A DNA stretch of 64,000 nt. It comes from an uncultured Gammaproteobacteria bacterium. GTDB taxonomy: Bacteria > Patescibacteriota > Microgenomatia > UBA8517. Position numbers and translations under genes: made by a program. Positions within the stretch are counted from its first letter, which is position 1; every line of letters starts with the position of its first letter. The notes below the pieces were generated by a model. That model was not told the DNA's origin. It was given only the letters and a program-made list of their open reading frames with translations, and searched no databases. The DNA lies in NCBI GenBank assembly GCA_964568925.1, contig CAZMSJ010000003.1, positions 7,452 to 71,451 on the forward strand, in the 5' to 3' direction. Below, piece by piece: positions 27,962 through 36,964 of this stretch.

Positions 27962-28482
27962 TTTTTGCCTTTTAAGCTTTCTATTAATTCATTCTCGTAT
28001 TGTGACAATGTTTTATCAAGGGGAGTCTTGCCACTGGCTCTACCAAAATTACAAATACGGTTTCCACAACTTAAAGATAAATCAATAACACGCTCATTAA
28101 ATTCTGGCTCAGAACTACTTTCAAGCGAAGCATATAACTGGAAGCGATTTCCATCTGAGACATAGCGATATGAAGCGCCATCTTTAAACTGTGGATCTCG
28201 CGGGAGGTTACGTAAATATTCTTCATGGAAAACCTCACCCCATTCACAGGTTGTGAGTGCTTTAAAAGAACCACAGCCAACAATCTTGCCATTGTCTGAA
28301 GCAGGGTACTCACCCATGTCTTTGAAGTAAACTTCAAGAGCATTCGCTACTGTTTGAACATCCCCAAGTCGTTGTGCATCTCTACTTTTTCTAAATGAGT
28401 TCTGCAAATTAACATAGGTTGCAAACATAATTAATGCTAAAAAGAAAAAAACTGCGATGGCTTCTCTTTTTTTAATATTCAT
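27958..28482 (-). CDS. Pilin-domain paralog with a non-prepilin (uncleavable-looking) N-terminal anchor
   Basis: MNIKKREAIAVFFFLALIMFATYVN has no G-F-T-L-I-E. It is followed by the pilin alpha1-C region ..SRDAQRLGDVQTVANALEVYFKDMGEYPAS.., which is homologous to the neighbouring pilin. ATGA overlaps on both sides. Confidence 0.6.
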   Translation of the reverse strand: MNIKKREAIAVFFFLALIMFATYVNLQNSFRKSRDAQRLGDVQTVANALEVYFKDMGEYPASDNGKIVGCGSFKALTTCEWGEVFHEEYLRNLPRDPQFKDGASYRYVSDGNRFQLYASLESSSEPEFNERVIDLSLSCGNRICNFGRASGKTPLDKTLSQYENELIESLKGKK

Positions 28483-29252
28483 ATAAAAAATGATAACAGG
28501 TACTGTCCCCAAACAAGAGTGATAATTGCTCCAAAAATAAGAAATGGTCCAAAGGCGAGTTTTGTTTTCATACCCGCACTTCCAACAAGCATCATAAGTA
28601 ACCCAACTGCAGCACCACTTACAAACGAACTAAACATCCACACCAGGGTAAGTGGGTACCCAAACAAGAGACCTAATGGCAGAGCCAGTTTCACGTCCCC
28701 TAATCCCATGCCACGACCTCTGGTAACGAGATGCAAGGTAAGAAGAAACATAGCAGCACTTAAACCTGATGCAACTGAAGCAAAAAACGTTTGAGTAGAG
28801 GAGAGCAGTATCGCAAACATAACAATCCCTAAGAGAGAAAAAACAAATTCATCGGGAATAATCTGAAATTCAAAATCAGTAACGATAATTGCAAGAAACA
28901 AAAGGAGAAGTGCAAAGACAAAGAAGGTTACAGGTAAGCCAATTACGTTTAGCCAGGGAACGTTTTTTACTGCTGCCTCTGAAACAAATGGAGTAACAAG
29001 ACCAACAACGAGTCCCAAAAACTCAATTACTGGGTATCGCTTTGAAATAGTCTTTTTGCAACTTCGACATTTACCTTGTAAAAAAAGAAATGAAAAAAGA
29101 GGAATATTATCAAACCATGCTATTTTGTGTTTACAATTCGGACAAAAAGATCGCCCAGTTGAGATTGAAATGTTACGAGGTAATCGATAGGTGAGAGCCG
29201 CGATAAAAGAACCAAGTGCTAATCCCCATACTGCAAAAAGAAGTGACCACAT
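28479..29252 (-). CDS. pilD: Prepilin peptidase (A24 family)
   Basis: CPNCKHKIAWFDNIPLFSFLFLQGKCRSCKKTISKRYPVIE zinc-finger region, the GLGDVKL aspartyl motif, and a polytopic membrane profile. Confidence 0.9.
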   Translation of the reverse strand: MWSLLFAVWGLALGSFIAALTYRLPRNISISTGRSFCPNCKHKIAWFDNIPLFSFLFLQGKCRSCKKTISKRYPVIEFLGLVVGLVTPFVSEAAVKNVPWLNVIGLPVTFFVFALLLLFLAIIVTDFEFQIIPDEFVFSLLGIVMFAILLSSTQTFFASVASGLSAAMFLLTLHLVTRGRGMGLGDVKLALPLGLLFGYPLTLVWMFSSFVSGAAVGLLMMLVGSAGMKTKLAFGPFLIFGAIITLVWGQYLLSFFI

Positions 29253-29286
29253 ATACCTACTATAAAGGAGATTTTCCCCTCATACA

Positions 29287-29314
29287 ACAAACGCCCCGGT
29301 AAAGGGGCGTTTGT
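29287..29314 (-). terminator. Hairpin terminator/attenuator after the major pilin gene
   Basis: 11-bp stem ACAAACGCCCC/GGGGCGTTTGT with a 6-nt loop. On the minus strand the 3' arm runs into a U-rich GUUUGUUGUAUG. Confidence 0.6.
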
Positions 29315-29333
29315 TTTCGCTTATCAACAAAGA

Positions 29334-29858
29334 TTAGAACGTAAACGTTTGAACTCCAGCGGTAGGGTATGTTGTCGCGTTTGCGGTACAAACTCCTCCA
29401 CCTCGACCATTAGCGGTTGAGTAAACAACCCATGCTGCTTCTCCAGTACCACACTTGCTAATGTTTGCCTTTGATTCAAGACGAGCAAAAACAACTGCGC
29501 CTGTTCCAGCGGTAAACGCGTAACACCATCCGTTTTGACGGTTGGTTGCACCACATTCTGCGGTACCTGTTACGTTGTATGTAATCGGACCTGGTGCAGC
29601 GGTAATTTCACCAGAGGTAACCAGTGTGTTTATCCAAGTTGTACTTGCAGTTGGGTATACACCGTTATTTCCGGTTGCATACGCTTCAATCGCATGGCCT
29701 AACTGAGTGACAGATGAATAACGACCAGAGTCACGAGTTCGAGCAAGCTGTTGGACTGGGTCCAAGGCGAGAAGGACGACCACTGCGAGTGTACCTAGGA
29801 TCGCAATAACGATCAAAAGTTCGATTAAAGTAAAACCTTTTTTAATTTGAGTAGTCAT
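29334..29858 (-). CDS. Major type IV pilin
   Basis: GGAGGTG lies 5-6 nt upstream of ATG 29858. N-terminus MTTQIKKGFTLIELLIVIAILGTLAVVVL. The gene is bracketed by its own promoter and terminator. Confidence 0.85.
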   Translation of the reverse strand: MTTQIKKGFTLIELLIVIAILGTLAVVVLLALDPVQQLARTRDSGRYSSVTQLGHAIEAYATGNNGVYPTASTTWINTLVTSGEITAAPGPITYNVTGTAECGATNRQNGWCYAFTAGTGAVVFARLESKANISKCGTGEAAWVVYSTANGRGGGVCTANATTYPTAGVQTFTF

Positions 29859-29890
29859 ATTCTCACCTCCTTTCAGCATTCCTTATAAAC

Positions 29891-29920
29891 AGTATCATTC
29901 ATTTTTTGCACTACTGTCAA
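29891..29920 (-). promoter_or_regulatory. Internal promoter for the major pilin gene
   Basis: On the minus strand, TTGACA (29920-29915), an 18-nt spacer, then GATACT (29896-29891). The -35 element lies 5 nt after the pilC stop. Confidence 0.5.
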
Positions 29921-29924
29921 GCGA

Positions 29925-31130
29925 TCAAATTGCCGTAGTTAGCTTATAAATTGGAAGAACAACAGCGATAACAAGGAAGGCAACACCAAGACCGAGGAAG
30001 ATCATAATGACTGGTTCAATGGCGCTAGTTAATGCTTTTACTTTTTGTTCACTTTCAACTTCAAACACATGTGAAATTTTTGATAATACTTCATCCATTT
30101 TTCCGGTCTCTTCACCAACAGCTACCATTTGAGACAAGATATAGGGAAACGCATCAGGGTGCTTGGCAAATGAAAATGCAATTGGAAATCCTTTTTCAAT
30201 TTGATGTGAAACATCTTTAATTGCATCACTCACAATAACGTTTGTTACAACATCAGATGAGACGGCAAGACCTTCAAGAATTGGTACACCAGAGGCAACC
30301 ATTAAAGAGAGGGTACGAGTTAGTTCCGTTAAAATGATTTGTTTTTGAAGGTCTCCAATAATTGGAATCTTAAAAATAAATTCAGCAATTTTTCGTTTAC
30401 CAACTACCGTTTTGCTCCACATATAGTAGCCCCATCCAGAGATACCCAGTACTGCAATAATAAAATACCAATAACCAATAACGATGTCAGAGATTGACGT
30501 TAAAATTCTGGTAGAGAGTGGAAGCTCTGCACCAAACTGAGTATAGAGAGCGGTTAACTTTGGAATCACAAACACAATCATGATGATGGAAACACCAACC
30601 ATACCAACAACGATGATTGCTGGATAAATTAAGGCTCCTTTTACTTTCCCTTGAAACTCCTGTGTGCGTTCCAAATTGTCTGCCAAACGGGCAAGTACTT
30701 TATCTAATACACCTCCGGTTTCACCAGCTTTGACTAATGCGATGTAACTTGGGGTAAAAACACGAGGATGACGTTTAATGGCACTTGAGAGACTTTGCCC
30801 ACCTTCAATGTCAGCTAAAATTTGCTGAATGATTGGCTGGAATGAAGGCTTTGCCTGAAGTCTCAAAATTGAGAAGCTTTCTGTAATTGGAAGACCAGCG
30901 TTAACCATGGTGGCAAGCTGTCTGGTAAACCCTACTAAGTCAGCATAGGAAACTCTGTTTGAAAAGATCGCGGTGAAACTTCGCAAGCTATTCATTGCCG
31001 GACGAATTGAAACAACGATATATCCACGATCACGCAAAAGTTTTGCTGCAGCTGATTCGTTTGAAGCCTCTACGTCTCCTGTTACTAAATTGCCTGATTT
31101 ATCTCGGGCGCGGTATACGTACTTTTTCAT
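29925..31130 (-). CDS. pilC: Type IV pilus platform protein PilC (GspF family)
   Basis: Duplicated GspF domains, three TM segments, and a position after pilB/pilT. Confidence 0.9.
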   Translation of the reverse strand: MKKYVYRARDKSGNLVTGDVEASNESAAAKLLRDRGYIVVSIRPAMNSLRSFTAIFSNRVSYADLVGFTRQLATMVNAGLPITESFSILRLQAKPSFQPIIQQILADIEGGQSLSSAIKRHPRVFTPSYIALVKAGETGGVLDKVLARLADNLERTQEFQGKVKGALIYPAIIVVGMVGVSIIMIVFVIPKLTALYTQFGAELPLSTRILTSISDIVIGYWYFIIAVLGISGWGYYMWSKTVVGKRKIAEFIFKIPIIGDLQKQIILTELTRTLSLMVASGVPILEGLAVSSDVVTNVIVSDAIKDVSHQIEKGFPIAFSFAKHPDAFPYILSQMVAVGEETGKMDEVLSKISHVFEVESEQKVKALTSAIEPVIMIFLGLGVAFLVIAVVLPIYKLTTAI

Positions 31131-31133
31131 AGA

Positions 31134-32189
31134 TTAACGCTTTAGAAGTCGTGCAAGTTCAGTTGGTCTCAATGCATAGCTTTGTGCATCCTCAATGGTG
31201 ATTTTTCCATTTGCAACAAGAGAGGCTAGACTTGATTCAAGGGTATACATACCAGCTTCACTCGATGTTTGGATGATCGAATCAATTTGGTGAGTCTTTC
31301 CATCACGGATCGCAGTTTTAACAGCAGTAGTTGCAAGCATTAGTTCACTGGCAACAACTCGCCCCATACTTGCTGACGGAATCAAGCGTTGTGAGAAAAC
31401 TGCCTCAAGAACGTTAGACAATTGAAGTCTGACCTGTGACTGTTGTTCGTCTGGAAAAACGTCAACGATACGATCAATCGTTTGGGCGGCTGAGTTTGTG
31501 TGTAGCGTTGCAAAAACTAAATGACCAGTTTCAGCAATGGTTAAGGCTGCAGCAATTGTTTCGTAATCTCGCATTTCACCAACCAAAACAACATCCGGGT
31601 CTTCACGAAGAACAGAACGCAAGGCAACTGACCAGGAGTGGGTATCATTTCCCATTTCTCGTTGTGACACAATTGATCGCTCAGACTTGAAGATAAATTC
31701 AACTGGATCTTCAATACTCACAATGTGACAGGCTCTGGTTATATTAATTTCATTTAAAATTGCAGCCAAAGTGGTGGACTTTCCTTGCCCCGTTGGTCCA
31801 GTCACTAATACAAAGCCTTGGCGAAGAGTAGGGAAATTATGAATAAATTGTGGCAACCACAACTCATCAATTGTAGGGATCTTTGAAGGGATAACACGGA
31901 AAGCGGCTGACCAAGTGTCTTTCTGGGTATAAGCGTTTACACGGAACCGAGCTTTTTCACTAAAGGCGATTGAGAAATCAATTTCTTTGTTAACCGTAAG
32001 GCGCTCAATTTGCTCAGCACTCATTACTTCCTTCAGAAGTGTTGCAATTATTTCATGGGTTAAATTTTGGTCAAAGGGAACAGGGGACAACTCTCCATGA
32101 ATACGAAGCATCGGGGCAACTCCAGCCACCAAATGAAGATCAGAGGCATTCTGATCAACAGCTAACTGCAATAAATCTTTAATCGTCAT
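31134..32189 (-). CDS. pilT: Twitching-motility retraction ATPase PilT
   Basis: Walker A GPTGQGKSTT, Asp box DPDVVLVGEMRD, His box TGHLVFATLHT. Length is 351 aa. Confidence 0.88.
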   Translation of the reverse strand: MTIKDLLQLAVDQNASDLHLVAGVAPMLRIHGELSPVPFDQNLTHEIIATLLKEVMSAEQIERLTVNKEIDFSIAFSEKARFRVNAYTQKDTWSAAFRVIPSKIPTIDELWLPQFIHNFPTLRQGFVLVTGPTGQGKSTTLAAILNEINITRACHIVSIEDPVEFIFKSERSIVSQREMGNDTHSWSVALRSVLREDPDVVLVGEMRDYETIAAALTIAETGHLVFATLHTNSAAQTIDRIVDVFPDEQQSQVRLQLSNVLEAVFSQRLIPSASMGRVVASELMLATTAVKTAIRDGKTHQIDSIIQTSSEAGMYTLESSLASLVANGKITIEDAQSYALRPTELARLLKR

Positions 32190-32198
32190 GGGCAGGGA

Positions 32199-33923
32199 TT
32201 ATTCTTGAGCGACACGCAATACTTCTTCAATAGTAGTGATCCCTTCAAGTGCTTTCAAGTAGCCATCCTGTTTTAAGGAAACCATTCCTTCAACCTTGGC
32301 TTCCTTTTCAATTTCACTGGCAGGGGCTCTCTCCAAAATAAGACGAGCAATCTTTTCAGTTACTGGCAAAATTTCAAAGACAGCAACACGACCTTTGTAC
32401 CCTGAATTATTGTTCTCTGGTGTTGGTTTTCCATGATAGAGCTTGATTGGTTTGTCAGCAGGAAGAAGTGGCCCCAAGACTTGGCGAATGTCAGCTGAGA
32501 TCTTTTCGTCAGGGATATATTCTTCTTTTGCGTTCTCATCAATTTTTCTTAACACACGTTGTGCAACGATAGCGGTGATTGAAGAAGCCAAGAGAAATGG
32601 CTCAGCACCCATATCAAGCAAACGAGGAAGTGCACCTGCGGCGTCATTTGTGTGAAGGGTTGCAAAAACTAAATGCCCCGTGAGTGCAGCCTGCACAGCC
32701 AAATCACTGGTTTCATGATCACGAACCTCTCCAACGAGAATGATGTTTGGATCTTGTCGCAAAAATGCGCGGAGTCCTGAGGCGAAGGTCAAACCAACTG
32801 CTGCATTGATTTGCACTTGGTTAACACCAGCAATTTTATATTCAATTGGATCCTCCAACGTCATAATGTTTACCTTTGGAGTATTCAGTTTCTGAATAAT
32901 TGAATAGAGTGTTGTTGTTTTACCTGATCCTGTTGGTCCACAAATCACAATAATTCCGTGTGGACGTAGAATTGAATCCTCAAGGTTTTTAAGAGCGCGT
33001 CCTCGAAGCCCAAGTTCAGTTAAGGATGGAATTCCACCACTCTTTTTAAGGAGTCGAATAACGATCTTTTCTCCCCAGGTAGTTGGAAGAGTGGAGACAC
33101 GAAGATCAACTTCCTGATCACTGTTTTTAAAGTTAAAACGACCATCTTGAGGAATACGCTTTTCATCAATCTTCATTGAAGACAAAATTTTGATACGAGA
33201 GACCAAGGCATCATGTAATTCTCGAGGTATTGTTAGCTTTTCTTGCAAAATACCATCGATACGGTAGCGAACACGTGTTTGCTTCTCGAGTGGCTCGATA
33301 TGAATATCAGATGCACGAGCGCGTACTGCGTAATCCATAATGTGAGTTACAACTTCACTAATACGCTCTTGACGAACGAGACCAGTGTTTTGAGTTACAT
33401 CGAGTGTTTTAACAGAGGTTCCATCAGATGAAACTTCTTTAAGTGCTGCAGTAACTTCTTGAGAGAGGGTGGTTGAGTATCGTTTTGCAATGTATTCATC
33501 AATTGCCTCTGGTACTGCAGCTGATGGGCGAACACGATACCCAGTTCTTTGCTCAATAAATTCAATAGACGCAAGATCAAGTGGCTCTGCCATCGCAAGC
33601 ACTAACTCTTGTGCCGCAGTATCAACTGAAATTGGGAAGACTCTAAATTTACGAGCAAGCTCTTGAGGAATTAAGGAAAGCGCGACAGGGGAGACAGGGC
33701 TTGTTGAAAGATCAATAAAGGGAATGTTATAGAGCTCTGCCTTTGCTCGAACTAACATTTCAGGTGTTGCAAGGTTTTGACTTACGATAATATCTTCCTG
33801 ACTTCGACCACTTTGGATCTCAGCGAGTTTTACAGAATCAGCACGCTCTCTGGTCATTGCACCTAAATTAGCCAATATATCGGCCAAAGAGGTGACATCG
33901 AGTTGTGAAGCTTGGGCAGCCAT
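32199..33923 (-). CDS. pilB: Type IV pilus assembly ATPase PilB (GspE family)
   Basis: N-terminal MshEN/GspII-like domain, GPTGSGKTTT, DPNIILVGEVRD, TGHLVFATLHTN. Confidence 0.9.
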   Translation of the reverse strand: MAAQASQLDVTSLADILANLGAMTRERADSVKLAEIQSGRSQEDIIVSQNLATPEMLVRAKAELYNIPFIDLSTSPVSPVALSLIPQELARKFRVFPISVDTAAQELVLAMAEPLDLASIEFIEQRTGYRVRPSAAVPEAIDEYIAKRYSTTLSQEVTAALKEVSSDGTSVKTLDVTQNTGLVRQERISEVVTHIMDYAVRARASDIHIEPLEKQTRVRYRIDGILQEKLTIPRELHDALVSRIKILSSMKIDEKRIPQDGRFNFKNSDQEVDLRVSTLPTTWGEKIVIRLLKKSGGIPSLTELGLRGRALKNLEDSILRPHGIIVICGPTGSGKTTTLYSIIQKLNTPKVNIMTLEDPIEYKIAGVNQVQINAAVGLTFASGLRAFLRQDPNIILVGEVRDHETSDLAVQAALTGHLVFATLHTNDAAGALPRLLDMGAEPFLLASSITAIVAQRVLRKIDENAKEEYIPDEKISADIRQVLGPLLPADKPIKLYHGKPTPENNNSGYKGRVAVFEILPVTEKIARLILERAPASEIEKEAKVEGMVSLKQDGYLKALEGITTIEEVLRVAQE

Positions 33924-33936
33924 ATTTCATTATATA

Positions 33937-34494
33937 ATGAGATTTAGTCATATGCATACCTACCTATTTGTTGGAGATGATGTAGAAGCACATATCAAGG
34001 CCTTTGTGAAAGAACATGGAGAGTCGATGGTCTTTCCTGTGGAAAAAATTGCGGAGGCTCGTGATCTGATTGCCTTCACTCAATATGGCTTTACAAAAGA
34101 GACTACCATTATCATTCCTCACTTTGATCTTGCATCAGTTGAAGCACAAAATTCACTTCTCAAACTTTTTGAAGATGGAAAACAAAACATAACATTTCTC
34201 TTAACGGCACGTAACACGGGCGCAATTACCGAGACAATTCTTTCTCGCGCTGATGTTACCTACTTTACTTCAGAGGCAAAAAAGATTGAATCATTTTTAA
34301 GCCTTACAAAGGGGGAACAACTGGCCATCACCTCAAAGTTACGTGACCGAGACAAAGCAAAGGAATTTTTGCAAACACTTCTGCAAACTGAAAAGACGCA
34401 ATACCTTGAAACAATTTTGGCTGCAAATGAGGCGATTGAGCGAAATGGAGTCATTCAACTTCACTTAACACACATGGTAATGCACCTCTCGTAA
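33937..34494 (+). CDS. DNA polymerase III delta'-like clamp-loader subunit (short, no P-loop)
   Basis: ..HTYLFVG.. and ..EAQNSLLKLFEDGKQNITFLLTARNTGAITETILSRADV.. match the delta' sensor/SRC region. The start is ATG 33937 or 33952. Confidence 0.5.
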   Translation: MRFSHMHTYLFVGDDVEAHIKAFVKEHGESMVFPVEKIAEARDLIAFTQYGFTKETTIIIPHFDLASVEAQNSLLKLFEDGKQNITFLLTARNTGAITETILSRADVTYFTSEAKKIESFLSLTKGEQLAITSKLRDRDKAKEFLQTLLQTEKTQYLETILAANEAIERNGVIQLHLTHMVMHLS

Positions 34495-34524
34495 ACAAGA
34501 AAAAAAGACGGTATAACCTCCTTT

Positions 34525-34553
34525 TTGACTCTGGGAGGCGAGTAAACTACACT
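34525..34553 (+). promoter_or_regulatory. hisS promoter positioned for a leaderless transcript
   Basis: TTGACT (34525-34530), a 17-nt spacer, then TACACT (34548-34553). Only 7 nt (TAAGCCT, no SD) remain before ATG 34561. Confidence 0.6.
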
Positions 34554-34560
34554 TAAGCCT

Positions 34561-35790
34561 ATGAGTTTCCAAACATTAAAAGGATTTCGAGATTTTTTCC
34601 CAGAAGAAATGGCGGTGCGAAAAGAAGTTATGCGTCGCCTTGCTGTTGTGTTTGAAAAATATGGATTTGAGGAGCTTGCCACACCAGCACTTGAATACAA
34701 GGAGGTCCTCATGGGCAAATATGGAGAAGAGGCAGAGAAACTCATGTATTTGTTTACCGATCCAGGTGAACGGGGAGTGGGACTTAAATATGACTTGACC
34801 GTTCCACTTGCACGAGCTGTCGCAAACAAGGGAGATGTGGCGCTTCCTTTTAAACGGTATCAAATGCAACCGGTATGGAGAGCAGAGAATACTCAACGGG
34901 GCCGATACCGCGAATTCTATCAATGTGATATCGATATAGTAGGCAGCTCCTCACCACTTGCTGATGGTGAGATTTTGGCTGTTATTTCAGATTCACTTTC
35001 AGCGTTAGGATTTGAAAACTTTAGTATTTGTGTAAACTCTCGTACGGTACTCTTTGCCATCATGGACAAAGCAAATGTCCCGACAGACAAGAGACTTACT
35101 GCTATTCAGTCGCTTGATAAATTAGATAAAAAGTCAAAAGAAGAAGTTCAAGAAGAACTTTCAAAGAAGGGATTTGATTCAGACCAGATAACAGACATGT
35201 TCCAAGAATTAGGTCGTGCAACTCCTGATGAATACTTAACAAAAACAATTGAAACAGCTGAAAAGCTTGGTGCAAAAAATATTGTCTTTAGTCCAGCAAT
35301 TTCACGAGGACTTGATTACTACACCGGTCCTATCTTTGAAACAATCGTTACAGAGCCAAAAATTGGATCTCTCACTGGGGGTGGAAGATATGACAATTTG
35401 CTAAAAACCCTTGGAGGTCCAGATCTTCCTGCAGTAGGGACAACCATTGGTCTCGAAAGAATTATTGATGTCATCACAGAACTTAACTTGTGGCCAGAGA
35501 TTTCGAAAACAACAACACAAGCACTGGTAACTATCTTTAACGAATCACTTGAAGAAGTAAGTATTGAAACAGCAAAGAAACTTCGTGCACGAGGAATTAA
35601 CACTGAACTCTATCCAACCAACGCAAAGCTTGAAAAACAATTAAAATATGCAGATCGCAAAAAGCTTCAATTTGTAATTATCATTGGGGAAGAAGAAGTA
35701 GCAAACGGAAAAGTAGTTGTTAAAAATCTCGTTTCAGGTGAACAGTCAACCGTTTCTTTGGAAGAGGCAGTTTCCATCATTTCAAAATAA
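34561..35790 (+). CDS. hisS: Histidyl-tRNA synthetase
   Basis: MSFQTLKGFRDFFPEE, motif 2 RYREFYQCDIDIVG, motif 3 GGGRYDNL, and a C-terminal anticodon-binding domain. Confidence 0.92.
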   Translation: MSFQTLKGFRDFFPEEMAVRKEVMRRLAVVFEKYGFEELATPALEYKEVLMGKYGEEAEKLMYLFTDPGERGVGLKYDLTVPLARAVANKGDVALPFKRYQMQPVWRAENTQRGRYREFYQCDIDIVGSSSPLADGEILAVISDSLSALGFENFSICVNSRTVLFAIMDKANVPTDKRLTAIQSLDKLDKKSKEEVQEELSKKGFDSDQITDMFQELGRATPDEYLTKTIETAEKLGAKNIVFSPAISRGLDYYTGPIFETIVTEPKIGSLTGGGRYDNLLKTLGGPDLPAVGTTIGLERIIDVITELNLWPEISKTTTQALVTIFNESLEEVSIETAKKLRARGINTELYPTNAKLEKQLKYADRKKLQFVIIIGEEEVANGKVVVKNLVSGEQSTVSLEEAVSIISK

Positions 35791-35817
35791 GCCCCCAGAA
35801 ACCTGGAGGCCATAGGG

Positions 35818-36480
35818 TTAGAACAAATAGTTTGCAAGTTGAACGTTCTCTGTTGGCTTCGATATGAACATATCTTCAACGAAAGTATAAATTGGTAACC
35901 GTTTCTTCGGTTGTTCACCCTTGGGACGTGCATCTGTCAGTATTTCGCCAGAATTACTTATGACAAAGAGCAAATCTAGCTTAAGCACATTTTGGGTTAT
36001 CGTACTTACGTAGAGATTTATATGTTCGACATCCAAATCACTGGTAAGAATAAACTCAACTACAAAGCCGATACCATTTACGTATTTACTCACAAGAACC
36101 TTATTTTGTTCTTCAGATTTCTTGTTCCAAGGCTCTGCAAGGTAAAAAACTTCAAGACCAAGATAATTCCGTTTATCATCCGGTTCATTTCCAAAATCTT
36201 TTGCAATTGCAGTAACTCGTCCGATTCGACACATCGACGTTTTCTCAATTCGCTTCTTCAATTTCTTTTTGAATGTCACTCGACAGACTCTCATTACAAT
36301 ATGACTAAAGAAATCAGAACCACTCGCTGAGAGTTTTCCAAGCGGTGTGTGTTGTCGAATATATCCTCTCGTCTGATCTGTAAAAGCTGCATAAGAGTTA
36401 AAAACTTCACGAAAAAGCCCGCCATACAGTACATCTATATTAGACACAAGAAACTCCTTTTGTTCCGTAAGTAAGGTCAT
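35818..36480 (-). CDS. Hypothetical protein (no recognisable motif)
   Basis: 220-aa ORF that does not overlap its neighbours. Confidence 0.5.
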   Translation of the reverse strand: MTLLTEQKEFLVSNIDVLYGGLFREVFNSYAAFTDQTRGYIRQHTPLGKLSASGSDFFSHIVMRVCRVTFKKKLKKRIEKTSMCRIGRVTAIAKDFGNEPDDKRNYLGLEVFYLAEPWNKKSEEQNKVLVSKYVNGIGFVVEFILTSDLDVEHINLYVSTITQNVLKLDLLFVISNSGEILTDARPKGEQPKKRLPIYTFVEDMFISKPTENVQLANYLF

Positions 36481-36505
36481 ATTGTATCAGAAGGAGATGT
36501 TTTGG

Positions 36506-36925
36506 CTATGAAGTGAGTAAAAGGACCCCGCTTACCATCAGAATAATTCCACCAATTGCCTTCACACTCAAAGCTTCTGAAAGGAAAATTGAGGCTAAAA
36601 TGGCAATGAACACTAAGCTTAATCGATCAAGTGCCGCAACCCGAGTGGCAGGGCCAACTTTTAAGGCAGTGAAATAAAAGATCCAGGAAAGAGCGCCCGC
36701 TACACCCGCACCAACTAAAACGAGCCAATCTCGTGAGGAGAGCGAGGCAATACCTCCCTTTGGTATTTTTCCAAGAACGAGTGTAAGGCCAATCAAAAAG
36801 AGTGCCATTACACTACTGCGAACCATCGTTGCAAAGGTAGGGTCAACCTTCTTTAATCCAAGTTTTCCAATGATCGTAACGAGTGAAGCAAAGAAGGCGG
36901 AGAGCAGTCCATAAAAAATGTACAT
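36506..36925 (-). CDS. EamA-like (DMT superfamily) half-size transporter
   Basis: 139 aa, 4-5 TM helices, typical EamA-repeat composition. Confidence 0.65.
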   Translation of the reverse strand: MYIFYGLLSAFFASLVTIIGKLGLKKVDPTFATMVRSSVMALFLIGLTLVLGKIPKGGIASLSSRDWLVLVGAGVAGALSWIFYFTALKVGPATRVAALDRLSLVFIAILASIFLSEALSVKAIGGIILMVSGVLLLTS

Positions 36926-36964
36926 AGCGTTTTCTGAATTGATTGTGTTATAAAGAATGGCAAG

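Noticed and set aside
33892-33936. Track start of the holB-like ORF at 33892
   Set aside because: That start would overlap the pilB start codon region on the opposite strand. The conserved delta'-like sequence begins after ATG 33937 or 33952.
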